The notes under the pieces are model-generated. The model made no database searches and had not been told where the DNA came from. It saw nothing but the letters and a program-made list of their open reading frames with translations. This document shows positions 10,261 to 10,933 of a stretch of DNA of 10,933 nt, piece by piece (position 1 is the first letter of the stretch; each line of letters starts with the position of its first letter). Source of the DNA: a virus (lineage: Duplodnaviria; Heunggongvirae; Uroviricota; Caudoviricetes). Location: the IMG/VR virus record IMGVR_UViG_2634166457_000009; one strand, written 5' to 3'. Position numbers and translations under genes: made by a program.

Positions 10261-10828
10261 TTTCTCTACCTTTCATCACCGAAGTGAACTTTGTTGATGC
10301 GGTGCCTGGTGCCTCCAGGTGACGTTAACCAGTTAACAATTAACGCCGGATACAGAGAATCCACCCATAACACTGTTTTTGGTTTTAACTGTTCCGCGTG
10401 CGCTTAGCCGCATTCACCGCATCACAAAATTCACTTTAAAAAGGGCGGCAGAGCAGTCACGGAGTAAAACTGATACCGCCAAACGTCACCAGAAAATTGA
10501 TAACAGAGGGCGTTGCAGCGGGGTTGTCACTTAAGCGTATGGTCAACCTGACAACCCGGTGTCCTCAACGGGGAAGGAATAACCACGCCATACTTACCGC
10601 CGCGCCATTTCGCGGAGTGCCACAACCGGAAGCGCACGGTCGACGAAAATTTAACGACAGGCTATCTATGAACCAGCAACCTCGCCGTGCGCTTTCGCGT
10701 TATGCTCTGACTTTTCAGAGAAATATCCTTTCAGTAAACTGTCAGTGCCGGATGTTCACCCGTGTCCGGCGCACGCACTCCACTTCACCCGTGGAGAACT
10801 CCTTAATTACCAACCCTCAGGAGGGTGA
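10261..10828. other. About 570-bp structured, apparently non-coding region between the rha leader and the next plus-strand ORF
   Basis: No ORF with a credible start/RBS on either strand: the 112-codon track ORF 10497..10835 starts at TTG and is Arg/Gln/Pro-rich, and minus-strand ORFs are under 27 codons. Contains a CCTGG/CCAGG hairpin (10305..10319), a GTTAAC tandem array (10324..10344), a GGCGG/CCGCC stem with U-tract on the minus strand (10438..10480) and twin hairpins (10747..10796). Confidence 0.4.
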
Positions 10829-10933
10829 ATGTTAAAATCAACTCTTATTGCTAAATGCCTTTATCAAAATCGCATGGTAAGCAGCATTTCAATAGGCGAG
10901 TCTGCAGTTAAAAGTATTTTCGAAGAGTACTTT
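10829..10933 (+). CDS. 5' end of an unidentified plus-strand gene (first 35 codons; continues beyond the window)
   Basis: AGGAGG at 10819..10824, 4-nt spacer, ATG at 10829; in-frame TGA immediately upstream; MLKSTLIAKCLYQNRMVSSISIGESAVKSIFEEYF open to the window end. Not in the ORF track because it is truncated. Confidence 0.4.
   Translation, partial: MLKSTLIAKCLYQNRMVSSISIGESAVKSIFEEYF

Larger units (their letters stand above)
5152..10933. mobile_element. Left arm of a lambdoid-type prophage integrated at the 3' end of serU (partial; extends beyond the window)
   Basis: tRNA-adjacent lambda-like int, xis-like, recombination exonuclease and Rha regulator all co-oriented toward the tRNA; candidate arm-type repeats beside the tRNA 3' end. 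The exact att core cannot be set without the other junction. Confidence 0.8.

Noticed and set aside
10745-10775. REP (repetitive extragenic palindrome) element
   Set aside because: GCCGGATG...TCCGGC resembles REP ends, but the central sequence does not match the REP consensus and the motif is paired with a second hairpin sharing its loop, suggesting a dedicated element.
10400-10830. Possible retron msr/msd non-coding RNA upstream of a reverse transcriptase
   Set aside because: I could find no flanking a1/a2 inverted repeats, no long msd-type hairpin, and the first 35 residues of the downstream ORF do not resemble retron RT N-termini.
10497-10835. 112-codon plus-strand ORF in the structured region
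   Set aside because: Starts at TTG, no SD at it or at internal ATGs, strongly Arg/Gln/Pro-biased translation, and it overlaps the better-supported start at 10829. More likely GC-rich non-coding sequence.

Overview
Enterobacterial (E. coli-type) chromosome running into the integrase end of a lambdoid prophage inserted at the serU tRNA gene. Left part (1..5151) is core chromosome on the pattern yeeJ - asnT - mtfA - serU: a giant inverse-autotransporter adhesin gene (minus strand, N-terminal 1195 codons present, reading frame broken near position 98), tRNA-Asn(GUU), the Zn-peptidase gene mtfA, and tRNA-Ser(CGA). From about 5152 to the window end is the left arm of a prophage, all on the minus strand and transcribed toward the attachment site: Rha-family regulator -> two translationally coupled small ORFs -> 813-aa RecE-like protein ending in a DnaQ-type (DEDDh) exonuclease domain -> DUF4224/Xis-like -> lambda-family tyrosine integrase. 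Three direct CTTGGAAT repeats sit between the tRNA and the int stop. The most unusual stretch is 9967..10828: roughly 860 bp with no convincing ORF on either strand but dense in hairpins, a tandem GTTAAC array and twin hairpins with identical loops, ending at a strong RBS and the start of a plus-strand ORF that runs off the window. No CRISPR array, rRNA or IS element was seen. All calls are from reading the sequence and recalled family knowledge; no database search was run.
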